A stretch of DNA of 63,708 nucleotides from Octopus bimaculoides. Taxonomy: Eukaryota. The notes beneath the pieces are model-generated. The model was not told the DNA's origin and made no database searches. It saw only the letters and a list, made by a program, of their open reading frames with translations. The stretch is taken from positions 79,113,509-79,177,216 of the forward strand of contig NC_068991.1 of the NCBI RefSeq assembly GCF_001194135.2, written 5' to 3'. Shown piece by piece: positions 14,690-27,237 of this stretch. Each line of letters opens with the position of its first letter. The stretch's first letter is position 1. A program made the translations under genes and the position numbers.

Positions 14690-15160
14690 AGAGCTACAAG
14701 GGAAACGACCAACTTTGGTTTCAAGATGAAAGGTGTTCTTCCATCAGGATAATGCTCAGCTATATACAGCGAGAAGGACATTCCAAAAGCTGGGGCAGTT
14801 TGAACTGGAAACGATGCCCCATCCACTAAATTCGCCCTTCCCATCATATTTGCCCCAACCACCATATTCAATGGACATTGCCCCATCTCATCATCGTTTA
14901 TTTTGCATTCTTCAAAATCATTTCAATGGAAAAAATATGAATTCTGTAGTGGAGGTCAAAACAGTACTGCAGGAGTATTTTTCATCATGGACAAGTGAAT
15001 TTTGGAAGAGAGGCCTTGCACGTCTACCAGAAAGATGGAAGAAGAGCATTGTAGAAAACGATGGAGAGTATATTTTAGTTTATAAAAAGAATCGTTTTTA
15101 TCTTAATTTTGAAAAATAAAGATGTATAAACAACCGCATTATTTAAGGGATGACCATATA
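14690..15160 (+). mobile_element. Mariner (Tc1/mariner) transposase C-terminal remnant with probable right TIR
   Basis: KRP...FFHQDNA (second catalytic D), PPYSMDIAPSHHRLF (degenerate YSPDLAPSD), ILQNHFNGK, GLARLPERWKKSIVENDGEY; AACCGCATTATTTAAGGGATGACC-TA end at about 15132-15160. Confidence 0.9.
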
Positions 15161-16047
15161 TATGTATGTGTACAGAGAGAGAGAGAGAGAGAGAGATGCA
15201 CATATGCATGTATTCCAACTGCTGGAAATTTTCCAAAGTATTCTTCGATTGCACAGTTATGAATCGAGAGAATACGGTAACAGGTGCTTTTATCAGATTC
15301 TTTAATTAAATCTGGAAAATAATTATCGCTCACTCCAATTTCTAATTTAAAACATCTCTTAACGGATCTGAAGCGTCTCATATCCTGTCACGAATGCGTA
15401 AATGAATAACAATATACATATACATACATATTTATATATACACACACCCATACATATATTTATTTATAAATATATAGGGCTGTGTGTGTAAGTAAATGTA
15501 TATATGCATATTATATATTTATATCTAAATCTCTGTATATTTGTGTGCTTATACTTGCCCCGACATTTTTGCTTTTTGGAGTGTTTGCTTGGAACTTGTA
15601 TATGAATAACATTCCTTCGGGCGTTCAATATTTTTGATTACGCCCAATGATGTACTGGTTGATAATTCGCAGCAGCTATTCCAGATTCTTCTAAATCTCT
15701 CAGCATAAGAAATCGACTCTAAACATGAATAGAACGCGAGGTGGAGTATTATGTATGATTGTACATAACGATGTGCCAACTCCTCTTATTATACATTTCG
15801 TAGCGATTGATCAATATAAGGTGTTATGAAATACTTATATATTAAATCGAATATCTACAGAACTATTTAATGAATATATAATATATTTTGCCAATACCAA
15901 ACAGGTATATTCCATCTCAAACACGCAAATAAGTGAATGAACACGGAAAGAAAATATTATTTAGATGTCTGATATCATTAATATATGCATCAATCTACAT
16001 ACAGAATTGACATGCAAATCATTTGATAGCATATATATATATGTATA

Positions 16048-16115
<68 letters not shown>

Positions 16116-16289
16116 TTGATATCAATTTATATATATTTATATATATATATGCATATATAGTGATATGTATATATATTTATGGATACATGATATGTATACA
16201 TGATGGTGGCATATGTGTGTATATATAACTCCGCTACCTTACACACATACATACACAATATGAAAATATAATGACTGCTAAACTAGTAA

Positions 16290-16410
16290 CCTTGTTAGTT
16301 GGATACAGTGTATCGTGTTAAGACGCTGTGCGATGTGAGTTCAAATTCCAACAAAGACAACAATGTCTTTTATGCATTTGGAGTCGTTAAGAAAAGGATC
16401 AACTCAGCGC
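16290..16410 (+). mobile_element. SINE family B, decayed
   Basis: GTGAGTTCAAATTCC...GTCTTTTATGCATTTGGAGTCG aligns with the family B core. Confidence 0.5.
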
Positions 16411-16703
16411 ATAGAATCAAAGGAAATGTAAAAGTGTCTGATATTTCGCTGGTTTGTAATTTCCCCAACATTTTGCGTTCTGACAGCAACACCACCGATT
16501 CCGTTTGCACAAAGCTGTTTTGGTTTTCTCATAGCGGCCTTTACCCTCAAGTACGATGGTGTAGTGGAGAGGAGAGACTTGCTTGAATGGTCAAAGCTTT
16601 CCTTAAAAAACAAAACCTTGGCCAGGGGTTTTGAAGAAGATACGATGTGGACTGTATATCTGCATACACGTGGTGATAAGGAGTCTATACAGACACACGG
16701 CAG

Positions 16704-16762
<59 letters not shown>

Positions 16763-16999
16763 TTATTAAAGTCCTCGGTGGGATTATAAGCAAAATACAC
16801 CGGTTGGCAGATGCACAATGTGAAAGGGAAACTTTTCATCTCAGGAAGGCCGCTCTAGTGTTTAAAACAGCAAGGATTACGTAACTGGTCACAATGAACA
16901 ACTCGGAATGTTGGGCCTCCAACAAGGACTTTCGCTATACCCTTAAAAGTCAGAATCAGGACCTCCTCGTATGTCTACGGACCCTGAAGTTCTAAAATG

Positions 17000-17160
17000 T
17001 CCTGTGGTATGTGAAGATGAAACGTCTTGTGGTGTTTTTCTGGATTTTAATGCTCAAATTCCGCCGAGGTTAACTTCGCTCTTCTCCTCGGAGCATGAAA
17101 TATAACGTAGCAGTCAAGTACTGAGGTTTATGTTATCAACTAACCACTTCCCTCAAAATT
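17000..17160 (+). mobile_element. SINE family B, decayed
   Basis: CTCAAATTCCGCCGAGGTTAACTT...GTCAAGTACTGAGGT...CCCTCAAAATT. Confidence 0.65.
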
Positions 17161-17599
17161 GTTAAGCGTGCATCTACATCTGGAACAATTTCTGCTCAAA
17201 AATTTTATTAACGAATGTAGTTTTCTTGTAATTGGCTGCGATACATTGTTATCGTGGAAGAAGCAACTAAAAATAGACTCATTAAATTCTCTTAATTGGC
17301 AATCCATATATATTCGAATATACTAACCTTCAATCAGTGTTCTGCTTCAATGAAGGAAATATACATGGCCACCGGACGCTCAGCGAAACTGTAACGAAAG
17401 AAAGGGCAAATATAGTGATCTACCCTGAAAATTTAACATATAATATTTCACCATTTTTATTCTCGTCATCAATACAGATACATAAAAACTGGTACAGACG
17501 AATACATTTAATATGTATAAGCGTAGAATATACGATAGGATAGAGAATAGATATATTTTGGTTTCATGTTAAGAAAAGAAAGAAAATATCCTAGTTTCT

Positions 17600-18000
17600 C
17601 AATATTTTAAGCCAATGACATGGAAAGAGGTGTTCGCCTCCATCTTGGAAAGCACAGTCTTGTTTAGTTGGCGGAGATTTTCAACATCTGAAGGAGATAC
17701 ACTATATCTGGCGTCATTCAGAGACAAAATTAATAAAAAAAAACATGCAACATCCCTGTTAAATATGATGTGGACATTGAAAGGTGGAATAAGCAACCCG
17801 CAGATAGAATGGAAAATTATTGCTAAAGCCAAAAATTACAGAAGACGGGGTACCAAATGTGAAATTAAACACTATACAATCAACAAATAATATCATAAAC
17901 ATTAGGGATAAAACATTATCTCGCTGCGTACACAAGCAATATTTTACACTCAAATATTTCAAAGAAGAATCCCTATCTGCAAAGGTAATACCACCAGGAT
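17600..18000 (+). mobile_element. Penelope-like element, GIY-YIG endonuclease C-terminal remnant
   Basis: ASFRDK...KHATSLLNMMWTLK...NPQIEWKIIAKAKNY...KC, then LSRCVHKQYFTL in a shifted frame; resembles the PLE GIY-YIG tail. Confidence 0.65.
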
Positions 18001-18552
18001 CGCCTATTTCATAGCCGTCCATTCCAGAAATCATAGTAAATAATTTCCACAAGCAGCAAATTTGTTCCATTTGCCAAGAGATTTGCAAGGCATCAACAGG
18101 CCTCCATGGACACGTTCGTGACGATAGAACATGATGAACGCTTTATTTTACTGAACCCTCCCTTGTCGCACGCGACAAGAGAGTACATCATATATATATA
18201 TATATACATTAAAGACGAGTTAAATGTGCTTCAGTAGAAGGAATTAATACAGTTCATTTTTTAGGGAAAAAGTTATTGAGGAAAGGGAGAGATATACAAG
18301 GAATTAGATATAATGCAGAAAGTATACTTTCCGTGATAGATCGCTATATCAAATGATGTAATATTTTCCTTAATCAATTAAAGGAGCCGCTAGAAACGGC
18401 CGTAATGACACCGGTACAACATTGTTACACATTTATATATATATGGTGATCTTTCGATTTGAACACAGTATATATAATTTCTTAAACCACGTGTATTTGT
18501 TTATGTTTCTGAAGAAGATCGCTTTTCGTAAAATCTTTTAATTTGTTTATAC

Positions 18553-18653
18553 ATATGTGGCGTGGGGATAAGCGAAAGTCGGCGTAAAAGCGAAAGAGAC
18601 TGAGAGAGCGCAATTAGATCAGGGAAGTTCTTTTGAAGTTCATGTGAAGCGAA

Positions 18654-18725
<72 letters not shown>

Positions 18726-18965
18726 ATAGGGTATGCGAAACAGAAAGTGTGGTGTGTACGTGAAGTTCTTTTGTTAGTGTGTGTGAAGAGACAGAGGGAG
18801 CAATGGTGTTGGTGTGTGTGTGTATGTGAGAGAGAGACAAAGATAACTGAAATTTTTAATTCACTTTTTGTTGTGAGTGAATGTGTGAATGATTGACAGA
18901 TAAAACGTGAGAGAGGTTATGTATGTATGTATGTCTGAATGGCTTCGGTGACACACATACATAGA

Positions 18966-19011
<46 letters not shown>

Positions 19012-19569
19012 CATACACACAAGATCTACATATACATATATGTATATAATACATAGATGGATGTGTATATATATGTGTGTATACATACATAGATGTATAT
19101 ATATATATATATAAGATGTGTATATAACATACACAGACACATATATACAGATATATATACAGATATTTATATATACATACACACACATATACATATATAA
19201 GATAGATGGGTATTTATATATAAATATATATATATATACATAGATGTGTGTGTGTGTGTGTGTGTGTGTCACTGAAACCATTCACACATACATAATACCC
19301 TCTCTCCCTCTCTCTTTCACATACACAAACTCCAGCACCATTACTCTTTCTGTCTCTTCACACACACTAACAAAATAACTTCACATACATACCACACTTT
19401 CTATCTCGCACACCCCATCAAACACACACACACACATATACACACCAATTCTTTCGTTTCACGCCGGCATCAAAAGATAACTTCCCTGATCCAATTGCTC
19501 TCTCTCTCTCTCTGTCTCTTTCACTTTTACGCCGACTTCAAAAGATATCCCCTCGTCCCCTCCCCATAT
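18553..19569. mobile_element. Foldback-type non-autonomous element with long imperfect inverted arms
   Basis: About 18564-18960 is the reverse complement of about 19250-19552 (by eye roughly 85% identical); the centre is microsatellite-rich. Confidence 0.75.
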
Positions 19570-19670
19570 ATAAAATATTTTTTTTTACGGAATGCGATGA
19601 TCTTGTTGAGAAATAAAAAAGCACGTGGCCTTTTTTGACATTTATCGAAATTTTGCCGTATACATATAAA

Positions 19671-19736
<66 letters not shown>

Positions 19737-19967
19737 TATATAGAGGAAAATGTAGACCAAACACGAAGGCAGGACGAATATCTCAAGTAATTTAGAATAC
19801 TTAATTAAAGTAAGGTGAATTTGAAGCAACTAATTAATTAGTAAATTAGTTGTTGGACATCTTACAGCTGTTTCTAGGATATCCCAAGAGATAGGTTAGC
19901 ATCTCCGTACACTTGGTATACCGTCATCGTAGACTTCTAGCTTCTATTCACTCACTCATAACCCTTA

Positions 19968-20180
19968 TTCCTTTCTGCTCTAGGCACAAGGCCCGAAAGT
20001 TTTGGCGAGGGGGCCAGTCGATTAGATCGACCCCAGTACACAACCGATACTTAATTTATCGACCCCGAAAGATGAAAGGCAATGTGGACCCCAGCAGAAT
20101 TTGAACTCAGAACGTAAAGACAGACGCAGTACCGCTAAGCTTTTCGCCCGGCCTGCTAACGCTTCTGCCAGCTCTTCGCC
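19968..20180 (-). mobile_element. SINE family B, full length, well preserved
   Basis: The minus strand reads GGCGAAGAGCTGGCAGAAGCGTTAGC...TTCTGAGTTCAAATTCTGC...CCTTTCATCTTTCGGGGTCGATAAATTAAGTATC...GGGCCTTGTGCCTAGAG. Confidence 0.9.
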
Positions 20181-21599
20181 TCATTTGTGTATCCTGATGC
20201 CAGCTCTTCGCCTTATTTGTGTATCATGATGTTTATCCTTTTCACTCTATACACCCACCTGGACCATTTTCATATTAGCTAATCCCTTAATCTATTCCTT
20301 CAACATGAGCGCAACATTCGAAATACTGTCTGGATTTGCCTGAGATTACACTTACAGAGCAATATGAATAGCGTGGAGAGTATTGGGTTAGAAAAACCCT
20401 TGTATGGGAAAAGTCAAAGCTGCTCGTAGGTTTCGAACGTACATCTGTAAACATGACAGGCATTCTATCATTGCATTTCTTCACCCATTTGAGAAGCTTT
20501 GTTCTTATCAGACGAGTTGCATCTCGTTTAAATCTTCAGAATTTGAAAACTTCAAGAGACATGAAATGAATTCCTTTTCTAGTTACAGTGGAGCTCCAAG
20601 CATGTATTTATATACCCACTCACATGTATACTAGCTTTAATGATATCTTCTGCTTTATGTTCCATGATCAAAATGCTTTCCGTAGTAATGTAGAAAGTTT
20701 AACCATAAATATTACTCAACTGTACTTTATAGAAATATATTGAAATACTTATTCTGAATTGTTCTAACGTTCTAAATGTTACATTAATAACAAACAACAC
20801 ACTTTTAAAGCCGAATGCATAATTCAGTAGTTTTAATGCCTTAAACTACAGGTTTAGCTAATTTGCCATTACTGGTTATACGTGTATCATCACAAACATG
20901 AAGTAAAAAATAATCTATTCATATGTATAAAAGAAATATCCCACTATAATAATTTCCCCGTCTAATGGATAATTATTTGCACAACCAGAACTTCAAGACA
21001 CATTCCTGATAGTCTCATTATTTATTATGTAAACTGTTATCTTGGTATCAATTCCTAAATATAGACGCCAAATATGACAAATTGGCTTCTACGAGATATT
21101 CAGGTGAACAGAACTGCTTCTATTACATACTTTTCGATGTCTTTAAACACTGTTTATATAACAAATGGGAGATTGATCTTTTAGAGATAGAGTTTGATAG
21201 CAAATAATAATGAGAAAGTACTTTGTTAATATATAATAGTTTCATAATTCATCATTCTGTTCTAAACTTTCGCTACACAGATATTGTTAATATCAGTTAT
21301 CAATATACTTGGCAGAATTATGTCACATCTCAGTTTGTTCCTGTACTATGGAGAGACGCTCTTTATATTTTGATATATAGAATATTTACCATATCATTGA
21401 ACCAAAGAAGCAAATCATCAATAAATATTAATGTGAAATATTGCAATATCTCGTTATTGAAATTTAATTGAAAATGGCTTTATAGTTGGGATTTGAATTT
21501 GAAAATAAATTCCCGAATTCCACGGGGACTGGAAAAGAGTTGAAAGTTATAATAAATTAACAATAATGTCAATGTTTCCCTGCTCTTCTTCTTTGCCGT

Positions 21600-21885
21600 G
21601 TTACTTCCGGCTGCATTCGATCTCAGTTCAAATCACATCGAAGTCAACTTTGCATTTTCAGCGTAATTGGGTTGATAAAATAAAGAATCAATCAAGTACT
21701 GGATTGATTTAACTAATTCCAGACTTGTTAGCACACCGGACAAAAGGCTTAGCGGTATTTTCTCCGTCGTTACATCCTGAATTTCCATTTCACCGAGGGG
21801 TCGATAAAATAAGTACCAGTTGAGAAATCGATTACCCCTCGCCTCCGCTCCCTTAAAATCACTGGTTTTGTGCCAACATTTGACG
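21600..21885 (+). mobile_element. Two tandem SINE family B copies (older, then younger with an internal deletion)
   Basis: CAGTTCAAATCACATCGAAGTCAACTTTGC at about 21625; GTTAGCACACCGGACAAAAGGCTTAGCGGTATTT...GGGGTCGATAAAATAAGTACCAGTTG at 21727-21825. Confidence 0.75.
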
Positions 21886-22204
21886 CATTTGTTTTTGCCA
21901 TTCTAGGATTCTTCAATCTTTACTTCTGAGATATTTCCTTCGTGCCAAAAAAAAAAAAAATACAAAAACAAGAACAACCACTCAACGGAGTAAACAAAAC
22001 AAAGTGTTGCGTCTTCGACAAGTTACGTTAATTACAACAGTTTATGATATGAAACAAGAAGGTCCATAAACGATAGGAATGACACTGGTATATTGCTGGT
22101 ACAAATATTTATAACTCGAAACGCAGAAAGACATTGCCTAATCTAATGGTATTTTATAGTAAGGGCATGTAATTACACAACGTAAGGTATTGTGTAACGT
22201 AAAC

Positions 22205-22441
22205 CTTCTGTCCTCCTGATACTGATAAACAGTTCTAAGGCCTCCACCAGGGAAGGTTTCTTCTACATCTACAACTGAAATTCCCTCCGCCACCTGGCTG
22301 CAGTCCCGAGTAAAGTTCTTTTGTGGTATGTGACGGCCAGAATGTGTCCATGCAACCAAATATCCTCTCTCCCTGATGTTCATGTTGTCTAAAGTAAGAG
22401 CAAAAGCTGACAGAGCTTGCATCAGTCCCTTTGCAGATGAA
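22205..22441 (-). CDS. Candidate 237-nt internal coding exon, product unknown
   Basis: Open frame SAKGLMQALSAFALTLDNMNIRERGYLVAWTHSGRHIPQKNFTRDCSQVAEGISVVDVEETFPGGGLRTVYQYQEDR; pyrimidine-rich acceptor ...tttgtttcgtttcattgcgatgtcag; AAG|gt donor (weak, gtttac); length divisible by 3; GC above background; no TE motif recognised. Confidence 0.4.
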
Positions 22442-22569
22442 CTGACATCGCAATGAAACGAAACAAATACCACAGCACATTTTCCACAACTGTCTAATGC
22501 TTATGTCAATGTACCGTTCTGGCCTCTACTTTTTTTTCTCAGTCCGAGAACCATACAATATATATTTAA

Positions 22570-22760
22570 TCACGGCAATATTTGAACTCAGAGCGTAAAG
22601 AAACGAAACAAATATCACATTTTCCCCGACTTTTAAACGATTCCTTGAAGGATGAAGGATATAGCTGAACTCGGCCGGATTTGAACTCGGAACATACAGA
22701 ACCGGAACAAAGACGTCAGAGCATTTTGTTTATTGCTAATCAACTATCTTCACAGGTTTC
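22570..22760 (-). mobile_element. Two tandem SINE family B head fragments
   Basis: ATTTGAACTCAGAGCGTAAAG and GGATTTGAACTCGGAAC, both reverse complements of the B-box region. Confidence 0.65.
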
Positions 22761-23256
22761 TGTCAATCCACCATCTTTAATGAAAAAAAAATCACTACAA
22801 CGTACTATATAGAAGAATGTTCCGAATACATCTGTTACATTAATCAACCTGCTTTTCCATTGGAATGATATTGTTACAGAAACGTAGATTACATCCAAAG
22901 TATTATACATAGCAAGACAGAAAAACGCAACGTTAACAACATTCCGTACTTTGGGAGGGAAAGGAGATTACAATAGTTTAGGATGAATGAGAGAAATCGA
23001 TTGAGAATCTGCATTACATAAAGGTGCAGTTGTTAGAAAGATACTAATGTTATCTGACTTATTGCTGACTTGTCTATTTTAATCCGTGTAGTGTCAGTAC
23101 ACATACATACAAACACACACCTACACACGTACATGCGCGCACACACACACATGTACGCAAAAGTACATATACACACAGGTATATATTTTAGTACATGCTT
23201 ACATATAACTAATTGGTATACGCAAACACACACACTAACGCGTACTCACGCACACA

Positions 23257-23294
<38 letters not shown>

Positions 23295-23710
23295 ATCATT
23301 AACAGAGGTGGCAACGCAATTCTTTTCTGCGCATTTGCTGCGAATACATAAGCATTCCAGTGAAAATGCTAACTAAATTTGGCAAACGGTGGAAGACATG
23401 TACATGCGTGAATATGCGAATGAAGAAGAATGGGAAGAAAATTGGCTACGTGAGAGAAAAACAAAGGGAGAAAGAGAATGAAGGTGTGAGATATATGGGA
23501 GCTAGAGAGAGAGAGAGAGGAAGAGAAAAGATTAGCTAGAATGAAGAAAGATGTTGTAGAGATAAAAGACACAGTACTACAAGATTTATTATTTCTGATG
23601 TTTTATGCATATTATTGATTTCTGGTAAAAGCAGTGGGGGTCATATTAAAAGTAGAGCACTGGACTAAACGCATTACTGTTCTTAGTTATATCCCTTGAT
23701 GTACTTAGTC

Positions 23711-23745
<35 letters not shown>

Positions 23746-24971
23746 CACTGTAGGCAATTGAAAACCTTCGACGGGAACCTGATACTTTTCTCTCTGCAAT
23801 GATAATCTTGTTTCTCTGTCAATAATATTGGATTGTTAAATGACAAAGCTAAACTATACCGGATTTGTGAAAAAGATGAAACGAAACTCAACCAAGTTAA
23901 TAACATAACACCAAAAGATATTGAGCGTTTTCGCTGCTTTCAGTGCTTATAGTCAGCAGTGATTTTAGCAAACTTCCAATAAAAGGCATTGCTTCCAGTA
24001 TTTTTGCAGATAGCTAAAACTATATTGTCCACTGAAACCATCTTCTTCTAAAAAGGTATAATGAGATTTGAACGAAATGAAACAGTATTACTAGTAGAAT
24101 AAGAAGCCTGGAAGAGGCAGAGTGCCACAAACATTTTGTGAGAATCAATTCAGAAATTCCTCCACCTTAGAACTTAAATGAAGGGGCAAGTTTCCTACGA
24201 GAATTTGAGCAAAAAGAACTAAGGCAGTTTACCAATCAGTCCATCAGCTCTATATATCTGTAACGCACATGTACTGGGACATAAATCTTTCAATCTTTAA
24301 TTTATCACATGGTCTCGGCTCCGAGAACTGGGGGTACGCTTAATTAAATCCCACTCATGTTTCCTGCAAATATATGTTTGAAATTGGGGAGATGAGAGGC
24401 AAAATCAAATTTGTATTGGTTTTAATGTAGAATATATCGGAACGAATATAAATACGAGATCCAATGATGTTCAATGCACAACTATTTCCGCTATTTTACT
24501 TTTTCAAAAATAAATAAATAAAATAAAAAGTTAATGATGTTGGAATTCAAAAATGTGTGTGAAACTTTTTGCTTCCTCGCAATTGTATGATGCAAACAAT
24601 ATTGTAGTGAATTATAATCTTTGGCTAAATGGATCTTCACGTTACTTACGACATACTTTTGAGTTACAAAATCTATCGTGGCCTGTGTTTATATCACTAT
24701 TCTTTCATCTCAAATAATGTTAATGTTTATTGTAGTTTTCATTGAAAATGCATGCAACATATTCGTAGGATATGAAATAATTTATTGACAGGTGCATATA
24801 AATGCACTGTTCTATTCATTGTGTGAGAAGTGATAACGACCACACTTGTGTTATATAACCGACACTTAAATATATGCATCTAAAAACGGCAGATGTTTTG
24901 GCCAGTGATCTACTGCTATTTCACTGAAATTGAAAATGTCAGCCGATTTCGTGAATGACACAAGTATTTTC

Positions 24972-25011
<40 letters not shown>

Positions 25012-25879
25012 GCGTAAACAAATAAATCGAAAATACGTCGGGATTTTTATTTTAAACCGAATGAAAACATTTCCAAGTAAAACACCCTATATCAATTGAA
25101 ACCATTTTATGACGCGCAGCTTATAGACTCAGTAACAATAGCACAATTCTAAAAGACATGCGATGGCTAATAATTAACACATTTCATTATATTCGAAGCC
25201 CTATTGATTTTGCGATACTATGACATTTCTAGATTAACAAGATATTGATGTTCAAGCTTCTCAAGTATTAATGCAACAGCCATAATATGTTGCCCAAATA
25301 TATAAAAGATGATTTAAGTAATGGTTAACGATGTTGGTTTGTAGTAGGTCGAAAGAAATAGATACCAAAATACTGCTGGAGCATAACTGCTTTTGGATTT
25401 TACAAGTATTAAGAAACATGGAACATATATTTTATAGAATAGAATTTGTCAGGTAAATTTTGTTCAGAATTCAGGGAAAGATACTGGCCTGCTCCTGGCC
25501 TTACAACCGCAAATTGTATTTAATGCCGGTCTTCACAATCCGCTAGAATAATAAATACCATCATCGAATGTGCACTCGCATATGAGTGTGTTCTAGAGTT
25601 TGTCTGTATGTGGCTCTGCATAAGCGTATGCATAATGTCTCTTTTGGAGAAGAGAAATCTTGTTGTTACTGACAGAAAGGAAGCTTGTCAAGAGGAAAAA
25701 TGGTTGTCTTTTCTCTGCATGAAATGCGCGTCTAGACACTTTTTTGGCTTTTTAAGAAGCAATTAGACTTGTTTCTCATGTCTGTCAGTTCATAATTGTT
25801 GCTTCCCGCCGTGGAAATGGTGGAAAATTGATATCAATCCAGACTACAAGGAAAACGAGATGGAGTGAAAGTGCTTCAT

Positions 25880-25938
<59 letters not shown>

Positions 25939-26150
25939 NNNNNNNNNNNNNNNNNNNNNNNNNNNNNNNNNNNNNNNNNNNNNNNNNNNNNNNNNNNNNN
26001 NNNNNNNNNNNNNNNNNNNNNNNNNNNNNNNNNNNNNNNNNNNNNNNNNNNNNNNNNNNNNNNNNNNNNNNNNNNNNNNNNNNNNNNNNNNNNNNNNNNN
26101 NNNNNNNNNNNNNNNNNNNNNNNNNNNNNNNNNNNNNNNNNNNNNNNNNN

Positions 26151-26191
<41 letters not shown>

Positions 26192-26784
26192 TAAAAAGCG
26201 GAAGATTGAATATACGATCATTTTTATTATCAATCATGACAATTGTTTCGACACATCCAGTATCTTGGTCAAGTCCTGTGCATGTGAACACATCTAGATA
26301 CCTAGATGTAATTATTTTGATTTACATTATTGTACATAATATTGAGAACACCAACTTAAAAGGAAGTGGGTGGGGGTTTCTAAAAATTAAATTTTTAATA
26401 ATTTTTCATGTATTTCTCGACAAACGCTTCTTTTTGTTGTCATGTAATTTTTCGTGTAGTTTATTGTATTTTGTATCTATTTGACTGCTTAAATTTTAGT
26501 AGCCTTATAACCCCAGCTGTAAGTAATTACGTCTAAGAAATATGCTTCAGTAATACTAGCCATATTGGCAACGTACAATTGACAAGAGTTTTGCTAGCAT
26601 TCAAATCGGAGTTCGTTGTGGGCTAGAAGAATTAAAGTGTCAGTGTTTCCACAGAATTTGTTTTTAACCATCTCCATATAGGTATTGTGCTTGTTCAGTC
26701 TGATGGCAACCTAATGAAATTGAATGATGAAATGGGTTCTAAGTTGTGCTGTTCATTTCACGCTGCTTTGCGACTGGGAGAGTG

Positions 26785-26865
26785 AAAGAAGCGTTGGCGC
26801 GTTGGTAAAATTTCTTTACGGTGTGTCGTCCGGCTCTCTACATTCTGAGTTCGAGTCCCACCTAC
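26785..26865 (+). mobile_element. SINE family B-like head
   Basis: GAAGCGTTGGCGCG...CTACATTCTGAGTTCGAGTCCCACC. Confidence 0.4.
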
Positions 26866-27054
26866 CGAGAAGAGGCAACAGGAAACCATTCCCAGGGCTA
26901 AAATTGAGTGATGGAGAAGGTTCACATGCGCAGGACCTGACCAAGAACAGACCATCACTAGACACATATACATGTATATGTAAATACATGTATGTGTAAA
27001 TACATATGTTCATCATATTATATAAAATACATATCATATAAAATACATTAAAAA

Positions 27055-27237
27055 AAATTCGACAATGAGGTAGCAAGAATGACCAACAAATTCAAAGGCG
27101 ACGACGAATAAACGCTCGAAAACCTGACTAATACAATCTACCAGGAAGGAGAGAAAAGATTTGGACTGGAAACAACAGGGAAGGTAGAATCAGCGGCAAA
27201 GAGCGGACCATCGAGGAAAGAAGACAGTGTCACGTGA
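27055..27237 (+). mobile_element. HERO-like (RLE-type non-LTR) pre-RT fragment
   Basis: Translates as KFDNEVARMTNKFKGDDE*TLENLTNTIYQEGEKRFGLETTGKVESAAKSGPSR, resembling the FD.DV...G..E.KL..L..IIY..G.ERFG...SRR region upstream of RT in HERO elements (recalled, not searched). Confidence 0.5.
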
